A program made the translations under genes and the position numbers. 64,000 bases of DNA, from positions 43,586,001 to 43,650,000 of the forward strand of contig OZ024749.1 of assembly GCA_964016885.1 (NCBI GenBank), written 5' to 3'. Shown here piece after piece: positions 39,447 to 53,460 of this stretch; the stretch's first letter is position 1; the number at the start of each line of letters is the position of its first letter. This DNA is from Eledone cirrhosa. Lineage: Eukaryota. The notes beneath the pieces were generated by a model that was not told where the DNA came from, searched no databases, and saw only the letters and a list, made by a program, of their open reading frames with translations.

Positions 39447-40135
39447 AATAAGGGCGCTGCGGAGTTGCAAATGGGTTACATATGAAAAAAGTTTGTCCTT
39501 CATCAGTGATCTTCCAACCATCATAGGCATTTCATCGCTTTAAAGACCATATACCTCCGGTTGGTGCGAGCAACGGCTAAAAAAAGTCGTTGGGACACGT
39601 AAATAAAGGGGACGCGAGGGTAAACAAACAAAATGGTGAAGCAACAGAAAGTGAGGAAGAAAGAGACAAGTCCCAGATTTCTATGAATTTAAGTTCGGTG
39701 AAATCGTGAACGAGAGAATAAAGACCATCAAACCTGGTTGAAATGTGAGCAAGGAAGGAATACATATACATACATTATTTACCATGCCAAATACAATACT
39801 AGGTATATTTTAAATCATTACTACCAAATTTTACTTGGAGATATCTTGGTTCATAATAAATTTGTTTAATAACTACATTAGCCTGGCCTTCCTGCAATAT
39901 TATCTCAGACTATTGGAAATTATTACACTGTCTCCACAATGAAACAATAGAAGGATAATCATGACTTTTTTTATTATTTTACTACTTTAAGTAATTTGTC
40001 TGCTGCAGTAATGTTACGATATACCCTTTATTTAGTCCATTATATCGCCTCTTATTTTATCAGTCTCTTGGCTATAAGATATATACACAGACAACGTAAA
40101 GCCCCTCCCCATGTATATATATATATATATATATA

Positions 40136-40234
40136 ACAAAGAAAGTGTGGACCATAACGCACCAGAGTAGTTTCGACAGCTAGATCTAGGTGTTGAAAAT
40201 GCCGGAGCTCAGCCGTCGAGGTCCTGACTCTTTT

Positions 40235-40240
<6 letters not shown>
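40136..40240. repeat. Decayed member of the GGAACGAGTAGGACCCC family
   Basis: GTGGACCATAACGCACC and GAGCTCAGCCGTCGAGGTCC are shared with 54845-55038. Confidence 0.7.
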
Positions 40241-40301
<61 letters not shown>

Positions 40302-40342
40302 CGCCGCCAAGCAAAGAAAGATCGGTGGGGGGGGGGGGGGGG

Positions 40343-40770
40343 GGCATTTACATCCGATTCCGTACTGATGGGAGGGTGTTAAACTTGCGACGACTGTTCG
40401 CCCGCAGTAAAACTGTAGGAGTTGATCCTGGACCTGCTGTTCGCAGACGACTGTGCCCTTCTGGCGTACGCGGAGAAAGATCTCCTGGTAGCCGTCAACA
40501 GCTCTGCTCGGGCTGCCAAGGCTTGACCATCAGCCTCAAGAAAACTGAAGTCATGTCACAGAAGCCAGAAAATGAAGAGTATCACTCTCTGCAGATTTAC
40601 ACCGATGAGGGACTCCGTCAGTCCAGTGGAGCACTTTACATACTGGGGAAGCGTCATTACTAACGACGCTACCTCAGCAAAGGTCATTGACAACCGCATT
40701 GCTAAGGCTAGCAACTCATTCGGACGCTTTCAAAAACGCGTGTGGCAAAACCACTCTCTACGCCTCACTA
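40343..40770 (+). pseudogene. RTE (BovB-like) reverse transcriptase fragment with frameshifts
   Basis: Across frames: GIYIRFRTDG..NLRRL, DLLFADDCAL, GLTISLKKTEVM, HFTYLGS, IDNRIAKASNSFGR..KRVW. Confidence 0.88.
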
Positions 40771-40774
40771 TATA

Positions 40775-41014
40775 CAGGGTGAGTCATAATTAACCAGGAA
40801 GTTTAACATTTATATTCCAAATGGTAATATTTACTTAAATTATAGTCATACATTATAACGAAATTATAAATACATCAAACACAAGTAGTTATAAAGATAT
40901 ATAATTAAAGTGAGTATTCGCAAAGCTAACACCGTTTCTCAATACATTTTGAAGGTTATTTGAGAACCTTGCAATAAAATGCTTTAACTGCCCGCTTACT
41001 TATGACTCACTGTG
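40775..41014. mobile_element. Tc1/mariner-type MITE truncating the RTE fragment
   Basis: TA-CAGGGTGAGTCATAATTAA ... TTACTTATGACTCACTGTG. Confidence 0.7.
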
Positions 41015-41180
41015 TTTATTGTTTTCAAGATTGATTTCATTACGATGTCAAGCGTCAACAATCTTGAAAACAAAGTTAATTGAAATGAATTAGTTGTGGA
41101 GATATTTAGTGTCGTCAACATGACTGAGGCTCTATCAATTTGTTTCCTTTTGTGGACTATCCTTATATCAAATGACTTCA

Positions 41181-41364
41181 GTGGATTGGCAGTATCGGTA
41201 GAGGGTCGGACGCCATGTATTGCAGCATGAAGTTACGGGCCTTTATCTGAGTTCAAATCCCGTCAAGGTTAACTTTGCCTTTCATCCTTACGGAGTCGAT
41301 AAAATAAAGTACCAGTAATGCACTGGAATATTTTCTGGCCTTGTGCCAAAAGTAGAAACAATTA
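41181..41364 (+). mobile_element. SINE family A
   Basis: Consensus match. Confidence 0.9.
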
Positions 41365-41949
41365 TTAAAGCATTAACAGTAAATCCAGTTTCCACGATTC
41401 ACTAACATGAAATCAATTATTTTTCGTTGTAAATGTGCCCTAGTCTCATTGATAATCAAATTGGTTTCCATTGGAACGCCTTACACAGAAAGATAATTTC
41501 GAAAGAAAAAGTACATTTTCATTAGTTGATTATGTTAAATATTCATTTGCCTAGATTATTCTGCCATTCCGCTATTTTGCTATTCCTTTAACCTTATATT
41601 CACTCAACATAAAACACATGTGCTTCAGCTTTACAGAGAATCTTTTTGTTTTATCTTATTTTATTTTATTTATTTGGTGAGAGAGAAAAAGTAATTACTT
41701 TTCAACGTTCTTCATGCACTTATAATCGTATATATTTGCATGTGAGCATGTATGTATAGATGTGTGTATATATATATATATATGTGTGTGTATATATACA
41801 AGTTTATCCCGGGTTCAATCGGGGGTAACCACATTAAGTAAGGTACTCAATACATAGCAGAGTATAAATATTTAATAATCCACTGAATGAAACAGTTCTA
41901 GTCCTGTAGAAGCCATTTCTATATTAAATATATATATATATATATATGT

Positions 41950-42082
<133 letters not shown>

Positions 42083-42084
42083 AC

Positions 42085-42143
42085 TTCTACAAGACCAGAA
42101 CTGTTTCATTCGTATGAAATCATCAGTACACGTGTCTGTAGAA
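42085..42143 (-). ncRNA. Hammerhead-like motif with intact core but irregular stems
   Basis: Minus strand: TTCTACAG-acacgtgta-CTGATGA-TTTC ATAC GAAT-GAAA-CAGTTCTG-GTC-TTGTAGAA. An inverted partial copy lies at 41885-41912. Confidence 0.45.
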
Positions 42144-42598
42144 TTCTCAGCTACCAACTCGGTAATTTCTGAAGCAGATTATTCCATAGATCGATCGACT
42201 AGAACACTCATCGTCGCAAGGAACGGAGGTCCATTTCTTTCGTAACAAAACTCAGATTTGTTTTAAGTAGGAATAATTATTATTAAAACTTCGAGAGACA
42301 CTTGTATAAGCGATTAGAAGAAGAAAAAAAATCGATGTAAATATAAAAATATAGTTGAATAAATATCCAAAGAAAACTATGGAAAGTTATATTGATAATA
42401 TAAGGTAGCTTTAGTATAACAAATATCTGAATAACAGAAAGATGCTATGTAATAAATATCGAATTGGATATAGAATGGTCGATGGGGAAATATAAGTGAT
42501 TAAATTAACACCAAGTGAACGTTATGTAAAATTATATACTATCGGAATTAATATAGATAGAATACCGTTCTTAATCTCTCTCTCTCTCTCTCTGTCTG

Positions 42599-42635
<37 letters not shown>

Positions 42636-42642
42636 CTCTCTT

Positions 42643-42705
<63 letters not shown>

Positions 42706-42784
42706 CTCTCTCTCTCTCTCCCTCCTTGTATTTCTCCTTGTATTAATGTATATGCATGCATGCTGTATACATACATACATACTA

Positions 42785-42938
42785 CAGTCAAATTCCGTTA
42801 TAACGAAATTTACGGGGTATAAAAAAAATTCTTTGTAACGAAAAATTCTTTATAACGAGATCGACCGAAAAAAAATCAAGCGTTTGTCGTTATCACCTCG
42901 GGATTGAAAAAAAATTCGTTATAACGGAATTTTATCTG
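42785..42938. mobile_element. pogo/Tigger-type MITE
   Basis: TA-CAGTCAAATTCCGTTATAACGAA ... TTCGTTATAACGGAATTTTATCTG-TA, with internal TATAACG repeats. Confidence 0.8.
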
Positions 42939-43196
42939 TAGTTGTATAAATTCTGCCAAATATATTAAGTACATCCAATTTATATACTTAAAAGTGAACT
43001 TGAAAAAAAAAAAAAAAAAAAACAGATTAAATGATATCGAATTCGGTATTTTTTAAAAAATTAGTCTTGTAATTATTGTTGCTGTTCGTACTATTGGTGT
43101 TACTGATGCCTCAGCTGATATTGCTGCTGGGGTTTTTTTCATGGTGATGTTTGTGATGTGGCAGCATTGTTGTCTTTCCTTCTATAGAACACTGTG

Positions 43197-46100
43197 AAGA
43201 ATGACATTATGTCACCAAGGTCATACACTTTCAGTTGTGGTCTGCTCTTGAGAGCTGTCTACAAGAATGACATTATGTCACCAAGGTCATACACTTTCAG
43301 TTGTGGTCTGCTCTTGAGAGCTGTCTACAAGAATGACATTATGTCACCAAGGTCATACACTTTCAGTTGTGGCCTGCTCTTGAGAGCTGTCTGCAAGAAT
43401 GACATTATGTCACCAAGGTCATACACTTTCAGTTGTGGTCTGCTCTTGAGAGCTGTCTGCAAGAATGACATTATGTCACCAAGGTCATACACTTTCAGTT
43501 GTGGTCTGCTCTTGAGAGCTGTCTACAAGAATGACATTATGTCACCAAGGTCATACACTTTCAGTTGTGGTCTGCTCTTGAGAGCTGTCTGCAAGAATGA
43601 CATTATGTCACCAAGGTCATACACTTTCAGTTGTGGTCTGCTCTTGAGAGCTGTCTACAAGAATGACATTATGTCACCAAGGTCATACACTTTCAGTTGT
43701 GGCCTGCTCTTGAGAGCTGTCTACAAGAATGACATTATGTCACCAAGGTCATACACTTTCAGTTGTGGTCTGCTCTTGAGAGCTGTCTGCAAGAATGACA
43801 TTATGTCACCAAGGTCATACACTTTCAGTTGTGGTCTGCTCTTGAGAGCTGTCTGCAAGAATGACATTATGTCACCAAGGTCATACACTTTCAGTTGTGG
43901 TCTGCTCTTGAGAGCTGTCTGCAAGAATGACATTATGTCACCAAGGTCATACACTTTCAGTTGTGGCCTGCTCTTGAGAGCTGTCTGCAAGAATGACATT
44001 ATGTCACCAAGGTCATACACTTTCAGTTGTGGTCTGCTCTTGAGAGCTGTCTGCAAGAATGACATTATGTCACCAAGGTCATACACTTTCAGTTGTGGCC
44101 TGCTCTTGAGAGCTGTCTGCAAGAATGACATTATGTCACCAAGGTCATACACTTTCAGTTGTGGCCTGCTCTTGAGAGCTGTCTGCAAGAATGACATTAT
44201 GTCACCAAGGTCATACACTTTCAGTTGTGGCCTGCTCTTGAGAGCTGTCTGCAAGAATGACATTATGTCACCAAGGTCATACACTTTCAGTTGTGGCCTG
44301 CTCTTGAGAGCTGTCTACAAGAATGACATTATGTCACCAAGGTCATACACTTTCAGTTGTGGTCTGCTCTTGAGAGCTGTCTGCAAGAATGACATTATGT
44401 CACCAAGGTCATACACTTTCAGTTGTGGTCTGCTCTTGAGAGCTGTCTGCAAGAATGACATTATGTCACCAAGGTCATACACTTTCAGTTGTGGTCTGCT
44501 CTTGAGAGCTGTCTGCAAGAATGACATTATGTCACCAAGGTCATACACTTTCAGTTGTGGTCTGCTCTTGAGAGCTGTCTGCAAGAATGACATTATGTCA
44601 CCAAGGTCATACACTTTCAGTTGTGGCCTGCTCTTGAGAGCTGTCTACAAGAATGACATTATGTCACCAAGGTCATACACTTTCAGTTGTGGTCTGCTCT
44701 TGAGAGCTGTCTGCAAGAATGACATTATGTCACCAAGGTCATACACTTTCAGTTGTGGTCTGCTCTTGAGAGCTGTCTGCAAGAATGACATTATGTCACC
44801 AAGGTCATACACTTTCAGTTGTGGTCTGCTCTTGAGAGCTGTCTGCAAGAATGACATTATGTCACCAAGGTCATACACTTTCAGTTGTGGCCTGCTCTTG
44901 AGAGCTGTCTACAAGAATGACATTATGTCACCAAGGTCATACACTTTCAGTTGTGGTCTGCTCTTGAGAGCTGTCTACAAGAATGACATTATGTCACCAA
45001 GGTCATACACTTTCAGTTGTGGTCTGCTCTTGAGAGCTGTCTGCAAGAATGACATTATGTCACCAAGGTCATACACTTTCAGTTGTGGTCTGCTCTTGAG
45101 AGCTGTCTGCAAGAATGACATTATGTCACCAAGGTCATACACTTTCAGTTGTGGCCTGCTCTTGAGAGCTGTCTACAAGAATGACATTATGTCACCAAGG
45201 TCATACACTTTCAGTTGTGGTCTGCTCTTGAGAGCTGTCTACAAGAATGACATTATGTCACCAAGGTCATACACTTTCAGTTGTGGTCTGCTCTTGAGAG
45301 CTGTCTGCAAGAATGACATTATGTCACCAAGGTCATACACTTTCAGTTGTGGTCTGCTCTTGAGAGCTGTCTGCAAGAATGACATTATGTCACCAAGGTC
45401 ATACACTTTCAGTTGTGGTCTGCTCTTGAGAGCTGTCTGCAAGAATGACATTATGTCACCAAGGTCATACACTTTCAGTTGTGGCCTGCTCTTGAGAGCT
45501 GTCTACAAGAATGACATTATGTCACCAAGGTCATACACTTTCAGTTGTGGTCTGCTCTTGAGAGCTGTCTACAAGAATGACATTATGTCACCAAGGTCAT
45601 ACACTTTCAGTTGTGGTCTGCTCTTGAGAGCTGTCTGCAAGAATGACATTATGTCACCAAGGTCATACACTTTCAGTTGTGGTCTGCTCTTGAGAGCTGT
45701 CTGCAAGAATGACATTATGTCACCAAGGTCATACACTTTCAGTTGTGGCCTGCTCTTGAGAGCTGTCTACAAGAATGACATTATGTCACCAAGGTCATAC
45801 ACTTTCAGTTGTGGTCTGCTCTTGAGAGCTGTCTACAAGAATGACATTATGTCACCAAGGTCATACACTTTCAGTTGTGGCCTGCTCTTGAGAGCTGTCT
45901 GCAAGAATGACATTATGTCACCAAGGTCATACACTTTCAGTTGTGGTCTGCTCTTGAGAGCTGTCTGCAAGAATGACATTATGTCACCAAGGTCATACAC
46001 TTTCAGTTGTGGTCTGCTCTTGAGAGCTGTCTGCAAGAATGACATTATGTCACCAAGGTCATACACTTTCAGTTGTGGTCTGCTCTTGAGAGCTGTCTGC

Positions 46101-49100
46101 AAGAATGACATTATGTCACCAAGGTCATACACTTTCAGTTGTGGCCTGCTCTTGAGAGCTGTCTGCAAGAATGACATTATGTCACCAAGGTCATACACTT
46201 TCAGTTGTGGTCTGCTCTTGAGAGCTGTCTACAAGAATGACATTATGTCACCAAGGTCATACACTTTCAGTTGTGGCCTGCTCTTGAGAGCTGTCTGCAA
46301 GAATGACATTATGTCACCAAGGTCATACACTTTCAGTTGTGGTCTGCTCTTGAGAGCTGTCTGCAAGAATGACATTATGTCACCAAGGTCATACACTTTC
46401 AGTTGTGGTCTGCTCTTGAGAGCTGTCTGCAAGAATGACATTATGTCACCAAGGTCATACACTTTCAGTTGTGGCCTGCTCTTGAGAGCTGTCTGCAAGA
46501 ATGACATTATGTCACCAAGGTCATACACTTTCAGTTGTGGTCTGCTCTTGAGAGCTGTCTGCAAGAATGACATTATGTCACCAAGGTCATACACTTTCAG
46601 TTGTGGTCTGCTCTTGAGAGCTGTCTGCAAGAATGACATTATGTCACCAAGGTCATACACTTTCAGTTGTGGCCTGCTCTTGAGAGCTGTCTGCAAGAAT
46701 GACATTATGTCACCAAGGTCATACACTTTCAGTTGTGGTCTGCTCTTGAGAGCTGTCTGCAAGAATGACATTATGTCACCAAGGTCATACACTTTCAGTT
46801 GTGGTCTGCTCTTGAGAGCTGTCTGCAAGAATGACATTATGTCACCAAGGTCATACACTTTCAGTTATGGCCTGCTCTTGAGAGCTGTCTGCAAGAATGA
46901 CATTATGTCACCAAGGTCATACACTTTCAGTTGTGGTCTGCTCTTGAGAGCTGTCTGCAAGAATGACATTATGTCACCAAGGTCATACACTTTCAGTTGT
47001 GGTCTGCTCTTGAGAGCTGTCTGCAAGAATGACATTATGTCACCAAGGTCATACACTTTCAGTTGTGGCCTGCTCTTGAGAGCTGTCTGCAAGAATGACA
47101 TTATGTCACCAAGGTCATACACTTTCAGTTGTGGTCTGCTCTTGAGAGCTGTCTGCAAGAATGACATTATGTCACCAAGGTCATACACTTTCAGTTGTGG
47201 TCTGCTCTTGAGAGCTGTCTGCAAGAATGACATTATGTCACCAAGGTCATACACTTTCAGTTATGGCCTGCTCTTGAGAGCTGTCTGCAAGAATGACATT
47301 ATGTCACCAAGGTCATACACTTTCAGTTGTGGTCTGCTCTTGAGAGCTGTCTGCAAGAATGACATTATGTCACCAAGGTCATACACTTTCAGTTGTGGTC
47401 TGCTCTTGAGAGCTGTCTGCAAGAATGACATTATGTCACCAAGGTCATACACTTTCAGTTGTGGTCTGCTCTTGAGAGCTGTCTGCAAGAATGACATTAT
47501 GTCACCAAGGTCATACACTTTCAGTTATGGCCTGCTCTTGAGAGCTGTCTGCAAGAATGACATTATGTCACCAAGGTCATACACTTTCAGTTGTGGTCTG
47601 CTCTTGAGAGCTGTCTGCAAGAATGACATTATGTCACCAAGGTCATACACTTTCAGTTGTGGCCTGCTCTTGAGAGCTGTCTGCAAGAATGACATTATGT
47701 CACCAAGGTCATACACTTTCAGTTGTGGTCTACTCTTGAGAGCTGTCTGCAAGAATGACATTATGTCACCAAGGTCATACACTTTCAGTTGTGGTCTGCT
47801 CTTGAGAGCTGTCTGCAAGAATGACATTATGTCACCAAGGTCATACACTTTCAGTTGTGGTCTGCTCTTGAGAGCTGTCTACAAGAATGACATTATGTCA
47901 CCAAGGTCATACACTTTCAGTTGTGGTCTGCTCTTGAGAGCTGTCTGCAAGAATGACATTATGTCACCAAGGTCATACACTTTCAGTTGTGGTCTGCTCT
48001 TGAGAGCTGTCTGCAAGAATGACATTATGTCACCAAGGTCATACACTTTCAGTTGTGGCCTGCTCTTGAGAGCTGTCTGCAAGAATGACATTATGTCACC
48101 AAGGTCATACACTTTCAGTTGTGGCCTGCTCTTGAGAGCTGTCTACAAGAATGACATTATGTCACCAAGGTCATACACTTTCAGTTGTGGCCTGCTCTTG
48201 AGAGCTGTCTGCAAGAATGACATTATGTCACCAAGGTCATACACTTTCAGTTGTGGTCTGCTCTTGAGAGCTGTCTGCAAGAATGACATTATGTCACCAA
48301 GGTCATACACTTTCAGTTGTGGCCTGCTCTTGAGAGCTGTCTGCAAGAATGACATTATGTCACCAAGGTCATACACTTTCAGTTGTGGTCTGCTCTTGAG
48401 AGCTGTCTACAAGAATGACATTATGTCACCAAGGTCATACACTTTCAGTTGTGGCCTGCTCTTGAGAGCTGTCTGCAAGAATGACATTATGTCACCAAGG
48501 TCATACACTTTCAGTTGTGGTCTGCTCTTGAGAGCTGTCTGCAAGAATGACATTATGTCACCAAGGTCATACACTTTCAGTTGTGGCCTGCTCTTGAGAG
48601 CTGTCTGCAAGAATGACATTATGTCACCAAGGTCATACACTTTCAGTTGTGGTCTGCTCTTGAGAGCTGTCTACAAGAATGACATTATGTCACCAAGGTC
48701 ATACACTTTCAGTTGTGGCCTGCTCTTGAGAGCTGTCTGCAAGAATGACATTATGTCACCAAGGTCATACACTTTCAGTTGTGGTCTGCTCTTGAGAGCT
48801 GTCTGCAAGAATGACATTATGTCACCAAGGTCATACACTTTCAGTTGTGGTCTGCTCTTGAGAGCTGTCTACAAGAATGACATTATGTCACCAAGGTCAT
48901 ACACTTTCAGTTGTGGTCTGCTCTTGAGAGCTGTCTGCAAGAATGACATTATGTCACCAAGGTCATACACTTTCAGTTGTGGTCTGCTCTTGAGAGCTGT
49001 CTGCAAGAATGACATTATGTCACCAAGGTCATACACTTTCAGTTGTGGTCTGCTCTTGAGAGCTGTCTACAAGAATGACATTATGTCACCAAGGTCATAC

Positions 49101-49671
49101 ACTTTCAGTTGTGGTCTGCTCTTGAGAGCTGTCTACAAGAATGACATTATGTCACCAAGGTCATACACTTTCAGTTGTGGTCTGCTCTTGAGAGCTGTCT
49201 ACAAGAATGACATTATGTCACCAAGGTCATACACTTTCAGTTGTGGTCTGCTCTTGAGAGCTGTCTGCAAGAATGACATTATGTCACCAAGGTCATACAC
49301 TTTCAGTTGTGGTCTGCTCTTGAGAGCTGTCTGCAAGAATGACATTATGTCACCAAGGTCATACACTTTCAGTTGTGGCCTGCTCTTGAGAGCTGTCTGC
49401 AAGAATGACATTATGTCACCAAGGTCATACACTTTCAGTTGTGGTCTGCTCTTGAGAGCTGTCTGCAAGAATGACATTATGTCACCAAGGTCATACACTT
49501 TCAGTTGTGGCCTGCTCTTGAGAGCTGTCTGCAAGAATGACATTATGTCACCAAGGTCATACACTTTCAGTTGTGGTCTGCTCTTGAGAGCTGTCTGCAA
49601 GAATGACATTATGTCACCAAGGTCATACACTTTCAGTTGTGGCCTGCTCTTGAGAGCTGTCTGCAAGAATG
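43197..49671. repeat. 66-bp tandem array, 98 copies plus 7 bp
   Basis: Unit AAGAATGACATTATGTCACCAAGGTCATACACTTTCAGTTGTGGYCTGCTCTTGAGAGCTGTCTRC; (49665-43197)/66 = 98. Only four variable positions were seen and no indels. Confidence 0.98.
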
Positions 49672-49869
49672 TTGTTCGCTCTTTTGAAGTTGTACTGATA
49701 TCAGAGATTCTGCTCCAATCATGGACCAAATTCCATAATGATAGTTTTATGTTTAGTATTGTATTTTATCCCTGGTGACAACGAATGCAACCTTTCACCA
49801 AATCTTCGATCATAGAAGAACGTTGAACGATGTCACCTCCGTCATTTGATGAACCATGTATGCTAAAAT

Positions 49870-49978
49870 AATTGTTTCTACTTTTGGCACAAGGCCAGCA
49901 ATTACCCAGTGCATTACTGGTACTTTATTTTATCGACCCCCGTAAGGATGAAAGGCAAAGTTAACCTCGGCGGGATTT
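49870..49978 (-). mobile_element. 5'-truncated SINE family A
   Basis: 3' half of the consensus, with TSD-like GCTAAA(A)TAAT on both sides. Confidence 0.85.
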
Positions 49979-50719
49979 GCTAAATAATAACGAATCCCTT
50001 GCATCAACATAGTGGATTATTTCTGTTTGTGGACTTTTGAGAACAATCTCACATCCCCGGACCCATAATGCCTGCCCTCGTTGATAAAGTTAGTGGTACT
50101 CCCTATATCTCCGAAGTACTTTTCCACCTGTGCGTATATTAACCCCTTTTTATTCATAACCTCCCTTACCATCCTCCGGTGAAACGTCTCTTCTCCATTC
50201 TGTCCGTCGGGGGCTGTGGGAAGGCCAGCACGTGGGACCCCATTTACTCACTACACAGAGAGAGATAGGGAGGGCGAGAAAGATGGAGGTGATGACAGTG
50301 GCAATTTCGGCTCTTCGACGTTCGGACCATATCCTTGTGGTTGTGTTTAATGTAGTTGCGTATTTCACATTGTAATATTTGTATTAAGTCAGCTCACACC
50401 CATAGTTTACTATGCTCCGGGCCGTTTTGTTCAAGATTTCTATCGAGCACAGAAGGGAGAAAAGACAAGATGGCGTCGGTGTAAAAGCTGAATATTGAAA
50501 TTGAACTAAAAACGAAATTATCGAAGCTTTTGTTTGGTTCAATAAAATGTTGATTAAAACATCGGAATAAATACAGTTTGTGTGCTCGTGAGATAGACAT
50601 CAATATATATTGATGTCTATGTTAGTGTGTCACTGTATGTGGTAGCAAGTGTGTCTGTCTTTGTACTTGTGTGTACGTGTGTTCTTATCAGTGTTTAAGC
50701 GGGCTTCTGGGAATGGATG

Positions 50720-50764
<45 letters not shown>

Positions 50765-50834
50765 GTGTATGTATAAATATGTATGTATATGTAAGCACAT
50801 ATGTATGTATTTGTTTATACACACACACACACAC

Positions 50835-50871
<37 letters not shown>

Positions 50872-50891
50872 CGTGTGTGTGTATGTGTGTG

Positions 50892-50959
<68 letters not shown>

Positions 50960-51011
50960 AACAAATACATACATATGTGCTTACATCTACATACATATTT
51001 ATACATACGCA

Positions 51012-51049
<38 letters not shown>

Positions 51050-51163
51050 ATTATCTATATATGCATATGTAATTATTATATCAAACGCGTCAACAGGTGA
51101 ATATAAATATAAAACCAATCATACATATACATGTTCCCGCCCACAGGTCTGTATACCTTTCTC

Positions 51164-51194
<31 letters not shown>

Positions 51195-51467
51195 CATATA
51201 TATATATATACACATATATATACATATATATACATACATATACATATATATATATATACATACATATACATATATATACATACATATACATATATATACA
51301 TACATATACATATATATACATATATACATATACATATATATATATACATACATATACACATATATATATACTTACATATACGTATATATACATACTTACA
51401 TATTCATATATACATATATATATACATACACATATATATACGTACATACACATATATATATACACAT

Positions 51468-51544
<77 letters not shown>

Positions 51545-51821
51545 CATACATACATACATATATATATCCATATGGTACACATCTATATATATATATACAT
51601 ACACCCAAAACTACCTTTTCTCAATTAACAACCATGTATGGTGATATTTGTTGTTGCTGTTATTATTCTATATATATATTATTCTATATATATATATATA
51701 TTCTATATATATATATTATTCTATATATATATTATTCTATATATATATTATTCTATATATATATTATTCTATATATATATATTATTCTATATATATATAT
51801 ATATATATATTCTATATATTC

Positions 51822-51853
<32 letters not shown>

Positions 51854-51920
51854 CTTTTGTTTCTATAGGATTTGTTTCCTTTAGAATTTTATTATAATCA
51901 TTACTATAACCATTATTATT

Positions 51921-52607
51921 GTCGGACGCCATGCTTTCCAGCATAGTTACGTCCCTTTACGATCTGAGTTCAAACCCCACCGAGGTTGACTTTGCCTTTC
52001 ATCCTTACGGGGTCGATAAAATAAAGTACCAGTAATACACTGGGTAATTGCTGGAATTGTGCCAAAAGTAGAAAAATTATTATCATTATTACTATTACTA
52101 TTACTATTAATAAATAAATAAATAATGAATAAATAAAGAAATCATTATTACTATTACTATTATTATTACGATAAAGTACCAGTAACGCACTGGGTAATTG
52201 CTGGCCTTGTGCCTAAAGTAGAAACAATTATTACTATTACTATTATTAATTGTTTCTACTGTTGGCACAAGGCCAGCAATTATCCCAGTGTATTACTGGT
52301 ACTTTACTTCATCGACCCCCGTAAGGATGAAAGGCAAAGTTAACCTCGGCGGGATTTGAACTCAGATCATAAAGGGCCGTAACTCTTTGCTGCAAAGCAT
52401 GTCGTCCGACCCTAATGGCGGTGGATTGGCAGTATCGGTAGAGGGTCGGACGCCATGCTTTGACGCATAGAGTTACAGCCCTTGCCATTCTGAGTTCAAA
52501 TCCCGCCGAGGCTAACTTTGCCTTTCATCCTTACGGGGTCGATAAAATAAAGTACCAGTAATACACTGGGATAATTGCTGGACTTGTGCCAAAAGTAGAA
52601 ACAATTA
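51921..52607. mobile_element. SINE family A cluster (+, + fragment, -, +) in a (TAT/TAC)n context
   Basis: Copies at about 51921-52080, 52170-52228, 52248-52412 (-) and 52417-52607; the last two are head-to-head. Confidence 0.9.
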
Positions 52608-53251
52608 TTACTATTATTATTATTAATCTTTTTTGTTTTATCGCTGTCTTTTCACGAATCTTTGTTTTCTAATGTCCACATAAGAAATTTATATCAATTA
52701 TTGATGCTGAAGTTATATTTTATATATTTTTATCATCATTTTTTTTTTCCTTTAAAGTTCGGTGCGGCGTTTTCTTTGTTTTTTTTGTTATATTTTTGTC
52801 ACCTTCTTTGTGATTTTTTTTCCTTCGTGACCTCAGGTGACAGTATTTATTACATTGCGAAGTTGAAATTTGTAAGTTTTTTCCAGGATGATTTTAAAAG
52901 TATTTTATACAGCTTCTTCAATTTCTGGCTCGACGTTTCGTATTCTATATTTATTTAATTGTTTATATATGTATTCATTCAATTTAGACGTCCGTCTAGA
53001 GCTAGTAAGCCGTGACAGACAGTTAAGAAACAAAAACAAGACAGAGAGGTAAAAATAGAGGAGACCAACGGGAAACAAAAAAAAAAGAATATATAAGATG
53101 AAAAACGTGAAAAACAAGAACAGCTATAAAGCAGTTTGTACTGAGATGTCTGGTGTCAGGATATTTCTACATCTCAACGACGTCTTCCTTAGAGCTATAA
53201 GTAAGTATGTTGATAGATAGATATGTGCGAGGATATGTTGGTATGTAGTGA

Positions 53252-53460
53252 ATGTGCGTGGCATAGCGATAAGGGTGTTGGACATATGATCGTAATGCCA
53301 TGTGTTCGATTCCTGGACCGGGTTTATGTGTTGTGTTCCTGAGCAAAACACCTCATTTCACATTGATTCAGTATACTCAGTTGAAAATGAGTTCTTGCAA
53401 ATAGTTGTGGATTTAACCTTGCGATGAACTGGCGTCTTGTCCACGGGGGGGGGGGGGGGC
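53252..53460 (+). mobile_element. tRNA-head SINE family B, decayed
   Basis: GTGGCATAGCGATAAGG..GTTCGATTCC..GTTCCTGAGCAAAACAC..GCGATGAACTGGCGTCTTGTCCA. Confidence 0.6.

Larger units (their letters stand above)
43060..50045 (-). pseudogene. Highly decayed Ty3/Gypsy pol RNase H and linker relic, split by the 66-bp array and a SINE fragment
   Basis: Minus-strand translation across frames gives the motifs in canonical order: EIIHYVDAR, IHGS..VQRSSMIE, LVKGCIRCHQ, TKHKTI, P*LEQNL*YQYNF, ANNILAD-x-LSR. Confidence 0.55.

Noticed and set aside
43197-49671. CRISPR-like array
   Set aside because: There are no unique spacers or cas genes, and the context is eukaryotic.
43194-49778. 2194-aa ORF as a real protein gene
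   Set aside because: GTG start, pure 66-bp tandem, no recognisable domain, and antisense to an apparent Gypsy relic; the open frame is explained by the unit sequence.
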